Notes: generated by a model not told the origin, from the sequence alone. Positions 22,230 through 35,299 are shown, counted from the stretch's first letter. The stretch: 63,837 nt of DNA from Lama guanicoe (GCA_013239625.1 MU057102.1:1699432-1763268), one strand, 5' to 3'. Made by a program: numbers and translations.

Positions 22230-22690
22230 TGGTGGAGGAGCAGTGATGTGCCCAGGAAAGGGGGACCCCTTCCCAACCCTGGGGGAAGATCATGATGCCT
22301 CTAAGCCTATTTTAAGGTAGACCCATTTCCCTTCCCCAGTGACTGGAGGAGAGGTCACATGACCAAGTCCCAACCAATAAAACCTCTGTGATGAAAAGTG
22401 AGAAATGTGCGAGAAGACTCACTGGCTGCCTTCCTGTTTGGTCATGTGTGTGTGAGGATGTAACACCTGGAGCTGCAGCAGCTCTCTTAGGGTTAGGAGG
22501 AGCTGAAGATGAAGACGACAGGAGGAAAGAGTCTGTGTCCCTGACGATGTTGTCCTTGAGCTTCCAAAGGAACCCATGCTGGAGCCAGCCTTTCGCCAGA
22601 CTTCCCGCCAAGGGGGACACCAGTGACCTCATTGTTTAAGGCCTTTGGGGAGGAGGGTTCCGTAACTCGCAACCGGACACATCCTAGCTG
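22230..22690 (+). mobile_element. Old MaLR LTR (MLT1J/K-like)
   Basis: ggtcacatgaccaagtcc...ccaataa, gaggatgtaacacctggagctgcagcagc, ending gttccgtaactcgcaaccggacacatccta. Confidence 0.6.
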
Positions 22691-22742
22691 ATTTGCTGTC
22701 CTCAGCCCTATCCTGCACCCTTGGAGAATCATTGTGCCAGTC

Positions 22743-23178
22743 TGTGGTGGGAAAAATCACACACACACACACGACAGCCAGACCCTGTGGCTCGGCAGCC
22801 TTACATCACAAAAGGGACTTCACTGATGGGATTAAGCTAAGGATTTGAGATGGGGGATTATCCTGGATTCTGAGTGAACCCTAAGTGCAACCACAAGGGT
22901 CCTTCTAGGTGAGAGAGGCTAGGGGGTCAGAGTTAAAGGAGATGTGATAACGGAAGCAGGGGGCGGGGTAATGCACGGAGCGGGCCACGAGCTCGGGATG
23001 TGGGCACCTCTAGAAGCTGGAAAAGATGAGAGAGAGTCTTTCCCAGAGCCCCCAAGGGGAACCAACCCCACTAGGCCATTTTACACCTCTGGACTCGGAA
23101 CTGTAAGATAATAAATTTGTTGTTAGAAGCTACTAAGTTTGTGATCATTTGTCACAACAGCAATGGGAAATGAATGCA
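22743..23178 (+). mobile_element. MaLR LTR (MLT1D-like), with an internal (CA)n
   Basis: caaaagggacttcactgatgggattaag...gggggattatcctggat...ctagaagctggaaaag...gaactgtaagataataaatttg...cagcaatgggaaatgaat. Confidence 0.82.
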
Positions 23179-24929
23179 GAGCCTGTGGGCATTTGGGGGA
23201 CGAATGAAGGAGTGAATGGCTGTGGTAGACACGGTGGGACTTCATAAACTGTCAGGTTAGACACGAGGGGTCGCCACACCACAGTCCTGTCTCAGTCGCG
23301 AGTCACTGTGTGATGTTGGACGAGTCACCTGCCCTTTCTGAGCTTCAGTTTCCCTACCTGTGAATTGAGGAGCAGGACTTGGTGGTCTTCCTGGGCCCTT
23401 GCAGGCCCCCTGAGTCTAGGAGGGCTCTGTTGGAGCCGGGGAGTCTGGTGGAAGGAGCTCCAACTGCCAGCCAGCCCTGCCAAGTCCGAGCTGGAAGGTG
23501 GGGGCTGGTGTGTGGCCACGGGGGCTGGTCAGCCCTGGCTTGGGTGGACTGGTCCAGGAGTCTCGGGCCATTTGGTGGGGAGGATGTGTGCCTCCTGCAG
23601 GCCAGTAGGTGCTGCCAGGGAGGAGAGGGGAGCTAGTCTGGGCCAGGGGACTCGGGGCTCCTGGGAGGGCTCGGAGGTGCAGCTGACACCTGCTTGGCTT
23701 GTGCCTCTAACCAGCGGGGGGACCTGGAGCAAACGGCTTTACCTCTCCGAGCCTCCTAGTAGCATCTGAAGGATTAAGTGGGATTCTGTCAGGTGCCCAA
23801 GAAGAGTAACACCTTCGCCTGTCAGCTCTCGGGACCTGGCTCGTGGGAGGGAAGAGGCCTCAGAGCAGGGTTGATGTTAGGATTTCTTTATATATCCCCG
23901 TATTGTTTAGCTCGCTCCGAGAGCTCGAGTTACTTAGGCAAATAAAAAAATTCTAACAAAAGAGAACCAGGGTCTTACCACCGCCGCACTCAGCAAACTC
24001 TCGGCGTATCGCGGGTGACATTATCATCGTGATGCTTGCTGCTACCTTGTGTCCCCGCCGAGTGAGTCACTTTGCAGTGTCCCTTCAGGCGGGACCCCAA
24101 CCCCGCTGGCACACCCCGGGCCGCGGGAGCGCACTGCCTTCTGAGCAGCCCAGTGCACCCCAGGAGAGCTTTGGTAGTTTGCGACATTGACAGATGGCCC
24201 CAGTGCCCCTCTGTGCCAGGCTCCGTCCTGGCCGTGGGGACGTAGGGCCTGCTGCAGGGGCTCCAGGCTGCCTTCCTAGGGATGTGCGAGGCCACTGGAG
24301 GGGCCGAGCAGCGGGAGGGGCTCCCTGGAGAGGGGGCTTCTACACACAGCTTTGACAGTAGTGGAGAGACTTCCTTGGACGAGCAGATTCCTTCCCGGAA
24401 ACGTCCCCCACTGCCCCCAGAGGCGCCCCTTCCCCCTCAGCCAGGCTGCTCCAGCCCCCAGCATGACCCTGGACTTGGCACTGAGCCTCCCGCAGGGGCC
24501 AGGCCTCCAGGTCACCCGTTCTAAGGCTCTCATCTCTGGAGAGCTCTGGGAAGTTGTCAGGATGTTCATCAGATTTGAAAGCCTCACATTTTATTTCACT
24601 CTCACAGGACCTCTGAGAGTTGGTTGCTCTCAACACCCCCACTTTGCAGATGAGCACGTGGGGGCGTCTGGGGGCAGATACGACAGCCCAGGTCCCCAGG
24701 GAGCATTCCAGTCCACTGGGGCCCAGGCTCAGGCCCCCGCCCCATCCAGCCTCGCTGCCATGTGGACGCCTCCACTGTGACCACCCGCTCCAGCAGACCC
24801 CCAGGGGGCCCTGGCTCCACGCTGGGTCTTCTTTCCCCAAAGCATGCTCCCTGGGGACTCCCAGTTAACCATGTCTGTCCGGCTGCTGGGGGCTGCTCAG
24901 GATGGGCACCCTTACTCCCAGCACCCAGA

Positions 24930-24970
24930 ATGGTGAACGAATGAGTGAATGAATGAATGAATGAGTGGAT
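24930..24970. repeat. (GAAT)n microsatellite, probably an L2 tail
   Basis: gaatgagtgaatgaatgaatgaatgagtg. Confidence 0.75.
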
Positions 24971-25794
24971 CGGACTTTCACAGAACCCCTCCACGAGGAA
25001 GGCTCTTGTGTTCCCACTTCGCGGGTGAGGCAGTCCAGGCCCGGGGGCTGCCTAGTCTGGCTTCTCACCTAAAGTCAAGTTCTTTCCCCTCTGTTTCTGC
25101 CTCTCAATCGCCAAGCACCAGTTACGTGCTGGGATCAGAAGGGAAGACAGAGTGACGCAGATCATGTTCCTAACTGTCACCAGAGGGGACGGTACCCTAG
25201 GACGCCGCCTGCCTTGTGCAAGAGGAGCATCCAGGTTCCGCGTGCGGCGCCACGTGCTCATCGGGGGCGGCCCTCTCCATCCTGACGCCGCCCACCTCCC
25301 CTCGCATTGCCCCCTCCTCCAATCCAGGAACCTGCCTGGTGGGAATGGCTAGGTAAACAAGAGCAATTTCATACCCATGATTTGTGAATCCGACCACAGC
25401 GGGCACATGTTCCAAAGCTGGAGGGGGTTCAGAGAGTTTTTCCGTTTCGTTTGGCTTTGACTTTTTTCAGATAGGAAAATGCAGAAGAGCCCTTGACGTG
25501 TTTGGGAAAATAAGCTAAGAATGCTCACATCCACCCTGGCCCCATGCAGCTTCTCCAGCCTCCTATGGTGACCCCATCTCCAGATATTTCTGGAAAGCGG
25601 GGCGCGGGCCCAGCAACGCTTGCCACTGCCGAGAGCACTGGAATTGTTTATGTTGGAACCTGGACACCGTGGGCTCGAACTCAGCGAGATCTGCTATGTT
25701 TTCTTCTCAAGTCTTCCCTTCCCAGAAGGCTCTGATTAAAACCAGAAATTCGTCATGGGAGAGAACAGGGCTGGCCTGCGATTTAGGACTGTGA

Positions 25795-26185
25795 GTGAGT
25801 CAGGGTACAGTGGAGGCTGCTGTAACAAGGTGACCCCAAAATACAGAGGCTTGAACAATTAGGGGTTGATTTCTCTCCACACAAGGTCTGGGCAGAGCCA
25901 GCATGACGGCCTGGCGGAGCTGAGGATCCTGGTGGCTTCCACTCCTTGGCCATCCCCGGCAGGCAGCTCCCACCTCGAGGTCTCAGTTGGCTGCTCTGGC
26001 TCCAGCCACCGCCATCATTTCCACCGTTGGTCTACTCAGTGGGTGGGAGGGTGTGGTTGGCCAAACACAGGGCATCCTCAAATGGAGGTTGCGCATAGTC
26101 CTTATGCTGACATCCCATTGGTTAGAATGTGGTCACATAGCCATACCTACTGCAAAGGAGGCTGGGAAATGTAGTCTTTAACAGA
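25795..26185 (-). mobile_element. Old MaLR LTR (MLT1J/K-like)
   Basis: gctgctgtaacaa...ccccaaaatacagaggcttgaac and ccattggttagaatgtggtcacatagcc...ctgcaaaggaggctgggaaatgtagtct. Confidence 0.72.
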
Positions 26186-26209
26186 GCAGCCTTGTGCCAA
26201 GACGATCGT

Positions 26210-26420
26210 ATTGAGGGTTTCCCAACCTGGGCATCAATGACATTTGAGGCTGGGCACCTCTTTGTTGTGGGGTTGGCCTGTGAATTGCAGGATGTTTTGC
26301 AGCACCCCGGCCTCTACCCACTAACACCACTAGCATCCCTCAGCTGTGACAACTGCAGCTGTCCTCGGACATTGCCAGGTGTCCCCGGGGCAGAACCACT
26401 CCTCGCTAAGAACCACTGGG
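26210..26420. mobile_element. MER20-like hAT-Charlie DNA transposon
   Basis: ggtttcccaacctgggca...tgcaggatgttttgcagcaccccggcctctacccacta...gacattgccaggtgtcccc...aagaaccactg. Confidence 0.8.
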
Positions 26421-26591
26421 CCAGATCAAGGGCCCCAGTCTGCAGTGTCCACAGCGCCGAGGCAAGAGGGGCCGCTACGTCTGCCTCCCATGCTGCCAGT
26501 TCTCACACTGGAAGAGGACAGAGGATTCGATGTTCACATGCAGTATCCTAATTGCTTCCTGAGACACCTGATCAAAAACACAAGAAGCGGT

Positions 26592-27032
26592 ATGGTCGCT
26601 ACCGGTTGACTTGTGCCCCCATCCCCGCAAAAAGACATGTTCCGCCCTGACCCCTGGCACCTGTGAAGGTGACCTTATTTGGAAATAGCGTCTTTGCAGA
26701 TGTGATCAGGTTCAGTGATGTCACTGGAATGGGGTGGGCCCTGATTCAACGTGGCTGGTGTCCCTGCCAGAAGAGATACAAGAAGCAGCTGCCACCTGGA
26801 GATGGAGGCAGAGACAGAGGCAGAGATGGAGATGATGCGGCCGTAAGCCAAGGAACCCCTGGGGCCCCTGGAAGCTGGAAGAAGCAGGAAGGATCCTCCA
26901 AGAGAGCCTCCGGAGGGAGGCAGCCCTGCAGACACCTTGATTTCGGACCTCCAGCCTCCGGAACTGGAAGAATTCCTCTTGCTTTAAGCTGCCCAGCCTG
27001 TGGTGCGTTATGCACCGGCCGCGGGGAACTGA
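26592..27032 (+). mobile_element. MaLR LTR (MLT1C-like)
   Basis: cctgtgaaggtgaccttatttggaaatagcgtctttgcagatgtgat...gacaccttgatttcggacctccagcctcc. Confidence 0.82.
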
Positions 27033-27644
27033 AAGGTGGTCCAATGCCTGTCTGTGTGTCTGGGCTGTAGGCTTCCCAGAGCCCCCGCCCACACCCCCAG
27101 TTTGATGGGCTGTTCTATGGTGTGGCTTCAGCGTGCCGTTTGAGCCTGCTGCACAGAGTGGATGCAGAGCGGTCAGACCCTCACATCTGGGGTCACAGAG
27201 ACAGCGATGCGGGCCGGATGGACACGTCCAGTCACAAACTACCAACATCAGAGCTTGTGGCCCCTCAGAGCCTGGCCTGGGGCAGGACTGGAGCTGGGAA
27301 CACACAGTGGGAGGTCCCTCCTGCCTTGCTGCAGCCTCCATGCAGTAATGTCGGGTCCTCTCAGACCCTCAGTTTCCTTATCTAGCAAAAAGGGAAAGTC
27401 AGTTTTTCCAGGGACGAGACAAACGCTGCCCCAGTGGGTGCGGCTGAGCGGGTGTAGGCGTCAAGTGGCCGCTGATGTGCTGCTTGTCCACTCAGGTGAC
27501 CTGGTGACTACCTTGTCGGGCCCTGTCTGGGCCCTGGGGACACATCCCTGAACAAAATGGGCTCATGAACCAGAAAACTCTGACAGCCCTCGAGTAAGTG
27601 CACATCTCACTTCCTCCGCTTTCCTCTGGTGTGAAGGTGGCTGG

Positions 27645-27880
27645 GAGGGTTGGGGTCGGCATTAGGCTGGAATGAAGATCTAGTTAGGGTTTAGGGTTAG
27701 CAGGGAGGCTGCGTTTGGACTGGAGTTTAGCTGGCGTTTGGGGGGGGCTGGGGCTAAGTTTATGAACAGAATCTGTGTTGGGGGTTGTGGTTGATTTTGA
27801 GGTTTGCTCTGGTATTTAAGACCCGGTTCAGATCAAGATCAGGATTAGGGTCAGAAGGGAGTCAGGCCTGGGGTGGGATG
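27645..27880 (+). repeat. Degenerate G/T-rich telomere-like hexamer tract
   Basis: TTAGGG-T-TTAGGG-TTAG at 27684-27700, TTAGGG at 27845, plus TTGGGG/CTGGGG/TCAGGA variants. Confidence 0.5.
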
Positions 27881-30204
27881 GGTGAAGGCACAGCTGGGGC
27901 TTGAACCGGGCCCACCGCATTGTGCCACCACCTTGCAGAGACCAGCTCTTGTCTCCACGGGTGTCTCTGTCCGTCCGACCGCTGAGCTCCCGGGTCACAC
28001 CTTAATCAAAGTCTCTGTAACCTTGGTGCCTTGCCACGTCCCGGGGCTCAGTTTATCCTCCTGAATGAGAGGCTTAGTTCTGATTTTCTCAAGGTTCTCC
28101 TAGCTCTATAAATTCTAATTAGGTAGGATCCTCTTCGTAAGAGCTGGCATTATGAGCTATTGTTATGCAGGAACTCATGGGCACAAAGATCGTTCAAAGA
28201 TGGAGCAGAACAAGATTAAGCAGATGGCACCGGCTCTGGTGTGACGCTCAGAGGAGCTGTGTGAACCCCAAAGCCTTCCGACTGCCGCGCTCATAGGAAT
28301 TGCCCTGGGAGACCGCGTGTGGCCTTCGCAAAAGGTCTGTGTCGGCAGGACGTGCTATCGTTCGATTTCCAGGAAACAGGAGTAATTAGATGCCTCATCC
28401 CCGATACCGTTCCAATTATAGCAGAAAAGAAAACATACAAATCCCCTGAGGAAGCAAATACCTCCTCTTGGTCCCGAGAAGGCGCACTTCCCGGTGTCAC
28501 AGCAGCCCCACGATCACAGGAAGCCGAGTGCGGCCCCAGGGACGGGCGGCCCCTGCCCTTCGCCCTGGAGGAGGTGAAGGAAATCAGGTGCATTTTGGAA
28601 ATTTAAAGCATCACCCCTTGGTGTGGTTGCAAAGGGAGCTGGTGTCCAGGAGGGGGTGACATTCGAGGCCCTGCCCCTCCAGGGGGGTCCCAGACCTTGA
28701 AGCCTGAGGGGAACAGGACAATCGCTGGCTCCCAGGCCCTAGACTGGGACGACATCCTCAGCCCCGAGTGACGGCCTGGCCATTCATTCTTACCTGCCTT
28801 CCGTCGTCCACCCGCGGGAGCTGCCCTGAGCCCAGACCAGACTGGGGCCTGGCCTCCTGGCTGCCCCCACGGAGATCCTTCCCAGTGGAGCTCTGAGCAT
28901 GTCCTCCCTGCTGTCCTCACGGGCAGGAGAGAGTACCTAGAATTCACCTGGCGGTGCGCTTGGGCCCTGGCCCCTCCCGCACCCCTCCTGGCCTCGCACA
29001 CTTCACTCCGGGAACGCCGATCACCTGCTCGTCCCTGACAGCCCGGTGCCTCCCCACCTCCACGAGGGGTGTGGTTCATATCCACTCCTGGGCAGAGGTG
29101 GCAGACTCTTGGGTTTGTTTGGACCGTGGACCTGCCTTCTGGGTGATGCCAGCCACAGCCAGGACCTGTGTGTTCCTACAGCCTCCTGACCCTGACCGTC
29201 CAATTCAATCAGCCTGGTGTCAGCTGGGAGCCCGGCAGAGAAGGCAAGACCGGCCAGCCTGGGAAGCCAGAGCAGGCCAAGGACACAGTCAGAGCAGGAC
29301 TGATGGCAATGACCAGCGTTTCAATGACGCCTCAGACCCCGTGCCCAGGGCGCGGGATGGGACATCTCCACCCACATACCCGCACACCTGCTCTGGGGCG
29401 CTGGGACGCTGGCAGCGGGAGGCCTGGGCTCCGGGCTCACAGGGGAGCCAACCACAAGGGGGAGGGGGGCAGGACGGATGGCATCTAGGACGGCGCAGGT
29501 GCTGGCTCCCAGGGACTCGGTGCCGGGGCTGGGTCTGACGCAAACATTACCAGAGAGACATAAGATGGGGACCAATTTCTCTGTGTTTCATCTCCACTCC
29601 AGGACCCTGGGCCCCGCCCCCTACCCCATGTCTGATGTTTCCAGAGAGAAGTCAGCAGGGACGGCCCCGTGGGACTGGGATGCCCATAGCTGCCCTGGTG
29701 TCCGTGCAGGCCTTGGAAAGCCCGCACCCTTGTCTGCTTAAACCACCAGGAGCAGGTCTCCGTGGAAACCACTGTGCTCGGGTGTTAGCAGGGCGCGGGG
29801 TGCTGGGGGAAGCTTGGCTTCCTGCTTGACTGTCGTGGGGGCTTCTAGGGGAGTGAGTCACTTTTCGGAGCACACACACCGAGGCCTGGACCTTTCACCC
29901 ACATGATCTAGTCCTCGTCACCCCCACTGTACGGAAGAAACAAAGGCTCGGGAGAGTGATGCCTCCCCCAAAACCCCAGAGGCAGAACACGAGGCCCAGA
30001 GGGTCTGGCTGGACCTGCTGCTCTTTCCCCCGGGAGGCAGGGGAGCACCCGTCCACAGCCTGGGCCCGCCGCCTGCACAGGACGGCCGAGCAGCCTTGAG
30101 CCATCACGTGCACAGCCCGTGCCCCGGGGGTCCTCCGTGAAGGGGCGTGGTCGTGGTGCCCGTCTCGGTCTGTCCCGGCAGCTCCAACGAAATCCACAGC
30201 CCTG

Positions 30205-30498
30205 GCGGCTCATGAACAGCAGACATTACCGTGCACAGTGCTGGGGACTGGAAGCACAGGCCGGGAACCAGCACGTGAGGTCATGGCCTGGGGATGCCCC
30301 TCTTCCCGGTTCGTAGCGCACAGCTTCTCACTGAGTCCTCGCCAGATGGCAGGGGCGAGGGGGCTCTGTGGAGTCTCTTCCATAGAGACACGAGTACCCC
30401 TCACAATTAGCGAATGAGAGCGCCTCCCAGGCCCTGTCACCTTGGGGGCTAGGATGTCAGCACATGAATTTGGGAGGACAAACATTCAGAGCATGGCA
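30205..30498 (-). mobile_element. MaLR LTR (MLT1A-like)
   Basis: cttctcactgagtcctc...tcaccttgggggctaggatgtcagcacatgaatttgggaggacaaacattcagagcatggca. Confidence 0.78.
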
Positions 30499-32282
30499 GG
30501 ACCTCCTCAGGCTGCCGGGGGACCAACAGGGCCGGAGCACGTCCAGCGCCAGGCACGGCGCTCCTGAAAGGCCGAGGGGAGCCCGGCCACAGCCCCACGG
30601 CAGCCGCACACCCTTCCCAGAGGCTCCTCCCCGCGGCACGCAGAGGTGAGGGGCGCACGCCACCCGATCTGGACTTTCCGGACTTAACGCACACCGCCTG
30701 CAGTCTGTGTCTGGGGTGCGTTTTGTACAGAGCGTCCTGCAGGGTCCCAGCCTGGGGCCCAGGCGGTGGCCGGGGGCCGGGACATGTTGTTAGAGGCTCC
30801 AGGGAGAATGCCCCCACTTGTCACCACACCAAGTGAGGCCCGCTGGAGGCAGGAGCTGGGGGGGCTGGGCTGTGTGCCCAGGGCCCTGCTGCGTCCCAGG
30901 TGCTGTTCAGACACTACTGGGGTGTGTGAACGTGCGTGTGTGTCCGTGTGAGCACACGCGCCCCGCTGAGGGCGGGTCCCGGCCGCCCGCCCTGGCAGAG
31001 AGAGGGCCGCTCTCCTTCACAAGAAGCAGGCCGACTGCCGACGGTCTGACCCCTGGATCCCGAGCGCACCCTGCGTGACAGGTGAGGGGCGGCCCCTCTC
31101 CAGCCGTGCCCGTTTCCAGCGACAAGGGGCTTGCTGCACTGGACCTTGTCCGAGGTTACTTTAAAGGAAAATGCGTCCATTTTAACTGTTGTTGCTCGCC
31201 AACAAGAAGGTGGTGTTTGGCAACTAAAAATCACCCAGAATTGGGGATGGGAAGCAGACTTTGGTGGTGGCAGGTGCAGGGCCCCGGGTACGTACCCTTC
31301 ATTTATTTGAATGCTGTCTTAGAAGCCCTCCGAGCAGAATTTGGGGTCCCTGGGCAGAGACTGGGTCCTGACTCTACCACTTCATGGCCCAAAGCCTAGG
31401 CCTCCTCACCTATACAGAGGGTGGGGGTGGGGATGCCCCATCACAGTGCAGGCAGCACCTCATTTCCACATGAAGCCTGAGTAGGGCCCTGCACGGTGCC
31501 GTGTGTAGGAGGCCAGGAAAAGCGGTCCCCTCGCGTGTGCGCACGCGTGCGTGTGTGTGCGTGTGTCTGCGTCTCTCTGCATGCCCGTGGAGCTGTGCCC
31601 GCAGTGCCGGAGGCGGGTGGCTCCTGGTTAGACCCACCTTCTTCCCGGCCGGGTCCCAACCCCACAGCAGCTGCTCTGAGCCTCAGTGAAGGAACGAAAT
31701 CACCCACATCTCCTCATTCACTCTCTTCCTGCTGTCACCCCCAGCATTGTTGCTTGGGACAAAAGCAAACCCCCGGGATGGACACATGGTTAGAGGGATG
31801 GGTGCGAACTCTCCTGTCCATACACTTTTTGGATAAAACTCAGACAAAACCAGCCAGCGCCTTCTCTCCCTGCCTCTGGGGTTCAAGCACCACCTGCCTG
31901 TCTCAGTTCTTAGCTGCCCTTTCGAGGGATGGTTCAAAGGCAGGGAGTCTGCAGAAGAATTCAGAACCGAGGCATGGTTTTCTCTCCAAAAGGCTGGGTC
32001 CGCTGTCTCTGGGAGACACTAACGGCTGTGGGACCCTCGTTCCGCCTCGGTCCCAGGCACCAGAGCCCCCGGCACACTGGCCCTGTGCGGCCAGAGCCTC
32101 CCTCCCGCGTCCTCGTCCCTGTGCGTCTCCGGCTCCCCAGCCACGCTGACGGCTTCACACTCTCACGCCCCCTCGCCTGGGCAGAGGGGCCTCTTCCTGC
32201 AACGCTGTTGGCTTGCTGGGGCCGCTGTAACAAACCCCACAGACGGGGGAGGGGGCTGAGCCTTGGAGATGCCGCGACCAAG

Positions 32283-32365
32283 GTGAAGGTACTTAAGGCC
32301 ACGGGGCTGGACACTTAAGAATGGCTCAAATGACAAATTTTATGTGTACTTTATCACAATTAAAG
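32283..32365 (+). mobile_element. L1M 3' terminal fragment
   Basis: gtacttaaggccac...acacttaagaatggctcaaatgacaaattttatgtgtactttatcacaat. Confidence 0.7.
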
Positions 32366-33299
32366 GGAAAGGCCTTCTGCATCTCAGGTGAGAACTGGCC
32401 GACATGAACATCCTCTCTGACAGCCAGCCTCCACCAGGGAAGCCAGGGTCCTGGGCCCTGGCAGGGGGGACCCGCAGCTGGGCACTGTGAGTGAGCAGGC
32501 GGGTGTGAGGGGTCCCAGCTGGCTGCCCGCACGTCCTCAGTGGAGAAATCTGGTAATGACGTATGTGCACAGTGCCTGGCCCCTCGCAGGAGGGAGTGCA
32601 GGGCGTGTGGCCCTGCTCCCAGGCTGTGCTCTGATCCAGGGGACTGGCCAGGCCCCAGTGGGGGGAAGTAGGGGCACCCCGTGTCTGCCTGCCTTTCCCA
32701 CAACTCCACTTAGGACCAACATCCCCTGGGAAGCCCCACCCCGAGATCCACGGATGGCACCCAGGAGTCTGCATTTCACAAGTGCCCTCGCCGCTCCCAG
32801 CTGGACTGAGGGACCACAGCTGGAGAAACTGCTTTAGAACCCCCACAGCTGGCGCGTCACCCTCACCACAGCCCAGCAGAGCAAATGCTATGAGCCGCGC
32901 CTTTAAAACATGTACAACTTCACTGAAGCGTGACTTATAACGCAAATCTTACCCATTGGAAGTGCATCTCAGAACCGCTGTGAAGATGCACAGGGTCTGG
33001 TAAGTGCTTCATAAACTGTTAAGCACTGTGCACACACTGGGATTTATCATTATGGCGGATCACTGCTGTTTTTACTGCACGAGCCGTGCTATTATTATGG
33101 TGGGGCGTCCTGGCATCGTTCGCGTGAAGGGCTCTAGAGGGGCTGCTGGGGAGCAGTGCGCCTGGCTGCAGTATCCGGGCGCCTCACCTTGACACAGGTG
33201 GAGAGCAGGTTGTTGCTTTATTATTATTATTTAAATTTTATTTGGAAATAAGCTCACGCTGCAGCAAAATTAGGAGAATAAAAGCAGCGCAACGAACAC

Positions 33300-35110
33300 C
33301 ACACACCGTCTGCCTGGAGCCCATCGCGGCTAACGCTGTATCCTGTTTGTTTTGTCCTTTGTTTCCTGCCCCCGCTTTCTCTCCCACCTCCTTCTCGCTC
33401 CCCGTGCGGCTGCGTGGCCTCCCCCAGCCGTCCGAGCCCGGCTGCCGGCGTCGGGCCCTTCGCCCGCAGCAGCAGAGCAGCTCTCTCAAGTAACCCGGCG
33501 AGACGATCACGGCGCTGGCTCCTTTCTCTAATCTGCCATCAGATTCCCATTTTGCCAGTCGACCTGACAACGTCCTTTCTCGCCCTCTCTCTCCAGCTAG
33601 AATCACTCTAGGATCAGAGATCGCGGTTTCTGTCTCCCGCTTTCTTCTCCTCTCGTCTGGTTCCTTTCCGCAGTCTGTCTTTGTCTTTCATGTCACGGGT
33701 GCTTCGGAAGACTGCGCTGTTGCTGGGTTTTTTTTAATAGAACAGTGCTCCTCGGGGTTTGCCTGCTGGCTCCTCCTGATGAGGTTCTCTGCTGCCGCGC
33801 CGCACGGAAGATGTGTCTTGCCCAAACTCCGTATCCGGAGCACACGGCCTCCACCTGCCTCTCGCCGGCGACGCGTGTTTGATGAGCTGGTTGAGGAGCT
33901 GTGAGCTCTGCCCGCTGCAGGAACGCTCTGCATTTCCTTGCAACTCATAAGCAGCCTGGGAAGGAGACAGTTTAAGACCATGGGAACAGTCTGCTTTTCA
34001 AGACCTCCCCCTGGATGCTGCCTGCATTAATGACTTGTTGATCCAATCTTAAGTTGCCAAATGTTGATTTTCCATCCCAGCGCTGCGTGCACATTTACCA
34101 CTTGGCATCAGGTATCCCAGTAAAGTGACAGCTCTTCTGTCTTGTCTGTCTGTCACCCACCCGTCTACCTACCCACCCACCTGTCCCGCTGCCTGCCGTG
34201 TGTGCACGCGGGTTTGTAGGGACGGACGGATGGATCTACGCAGCTACGCGCGTCCCTGTCCGCCTGTGTATTGTGTACATGTGTGGGTAGGTAGGTAGGT
34301 ATGTTTCTATCATTAGTATGAACATCTGTCATCCACCGGGATCCTTATTTTGATGTTCAGATCACTCCAGACCCTGGCCACTGAGCGCCCTGGCAAGCCG
34401 GCTCCTGGGTCTGGGTGACATGCCACCTTTTCCCCGCACTTCCTTACTTTCTGGCATAACAGGATGTTGCGGGCTATGTAGTGCATTCCTGCCCCAGACC
34501 TAAACGCAGCCATTTCTCCGAGAAGCCTGGTTCCTTTCTGGGGGCGATGTCTTCGAAACCAGGGTCCGGGCGCCAGGGGTCATCAACACAGGCTCTCAGA
34601 CCGAGCAGCAGCAGAGCCAGGACCCGTGCGTGCGTGTGGTCTGCAGACAGGCAGGCCCACGTGCGTGCAAACACGCTCCCCGGGCACGTGCAGCGACGGT
34701 GACGTCACACTGAGAACTCGGACTCGCTCCCTCCCCGCGAGGAGCTCCTGCTTCTCCCTCCCGTCCCGGGTCTCGTCTCCCTTCTTCGGCTACAGTGACG
34801 CCGAGGGACGTGCCCTTCCCCAGACGTGGCCCATTTCGCCCCCGCTGCTTCNNNNNNNNNNNNNNNNNNNNNNNNNNNNNNNTCCCCGGGCCCGCCCCCG
34901 GTGCAGGGACCCCAGACCAGCACTCGGCCCGAAAGGTCCTTGGGTTTGTCTTTATTTTCTTTCTGGTGTCTCACGTGCCTGTGTCCTTTACATGGGATAC
35001 GACTGAGTTCGGTTTTTTCCAGTTTCCTTTCAAGTTTATCTTCCCCTTTCTCATCCTCGCTCATTGAATAAAGTTGAGTTAATGTGTAGAACATTCACCT
35101 GCTTCCACAG
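33300..35110 (-). mobile_element. Stack of very old L1 (L1MC/L1ME-type) 3' fragments, GC-drifted
   Basis: 34345-34590 (cacttccttactttctggcataacaggatgtt...cagccatttctccgagaagcctggttcctt) resembles the antisense L1MC 3' region; flanks are T-rich and L1-like. Boundaries approximate. Confidence 0.6.
34852..34882. other. N-block (31 nt) in intergenic repeat-derived DNA
   Basis: Run of Ns. Confidence 0.97.
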
Positions 35111-35123
35111 GCAAACTGCACAG

Positions 35124-35277
35124 CGAGAGGGTACAGCTCAAGTGACAGAGCGCGTGCTTGGCCCGCATGAGGGCCTGGGTTCAACCCCAGGGACCTTTAT
35201 TAAAAAATAATTAAATAAATAAACCCCATTAACCCCCCCAAAAAAACTAAACTAAAAAAATAAAAATTAAATTTTAA
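35124..35277 (+). mobile_element. tRNA-derived SINE (camelid vic-1-like) with 11-bp target-site duplication
   Basis: GAGGGTACAGCTCAAGTGACAGAGC...GGGTTCAACCCCAG plus A-rich tail; TSD AAACTGCACAG at 35113-35123 and 35278-35288. Confidence 0.9.
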
Positions 35278-35299
35278 AAACTGCACAGGTGTCATCAGA

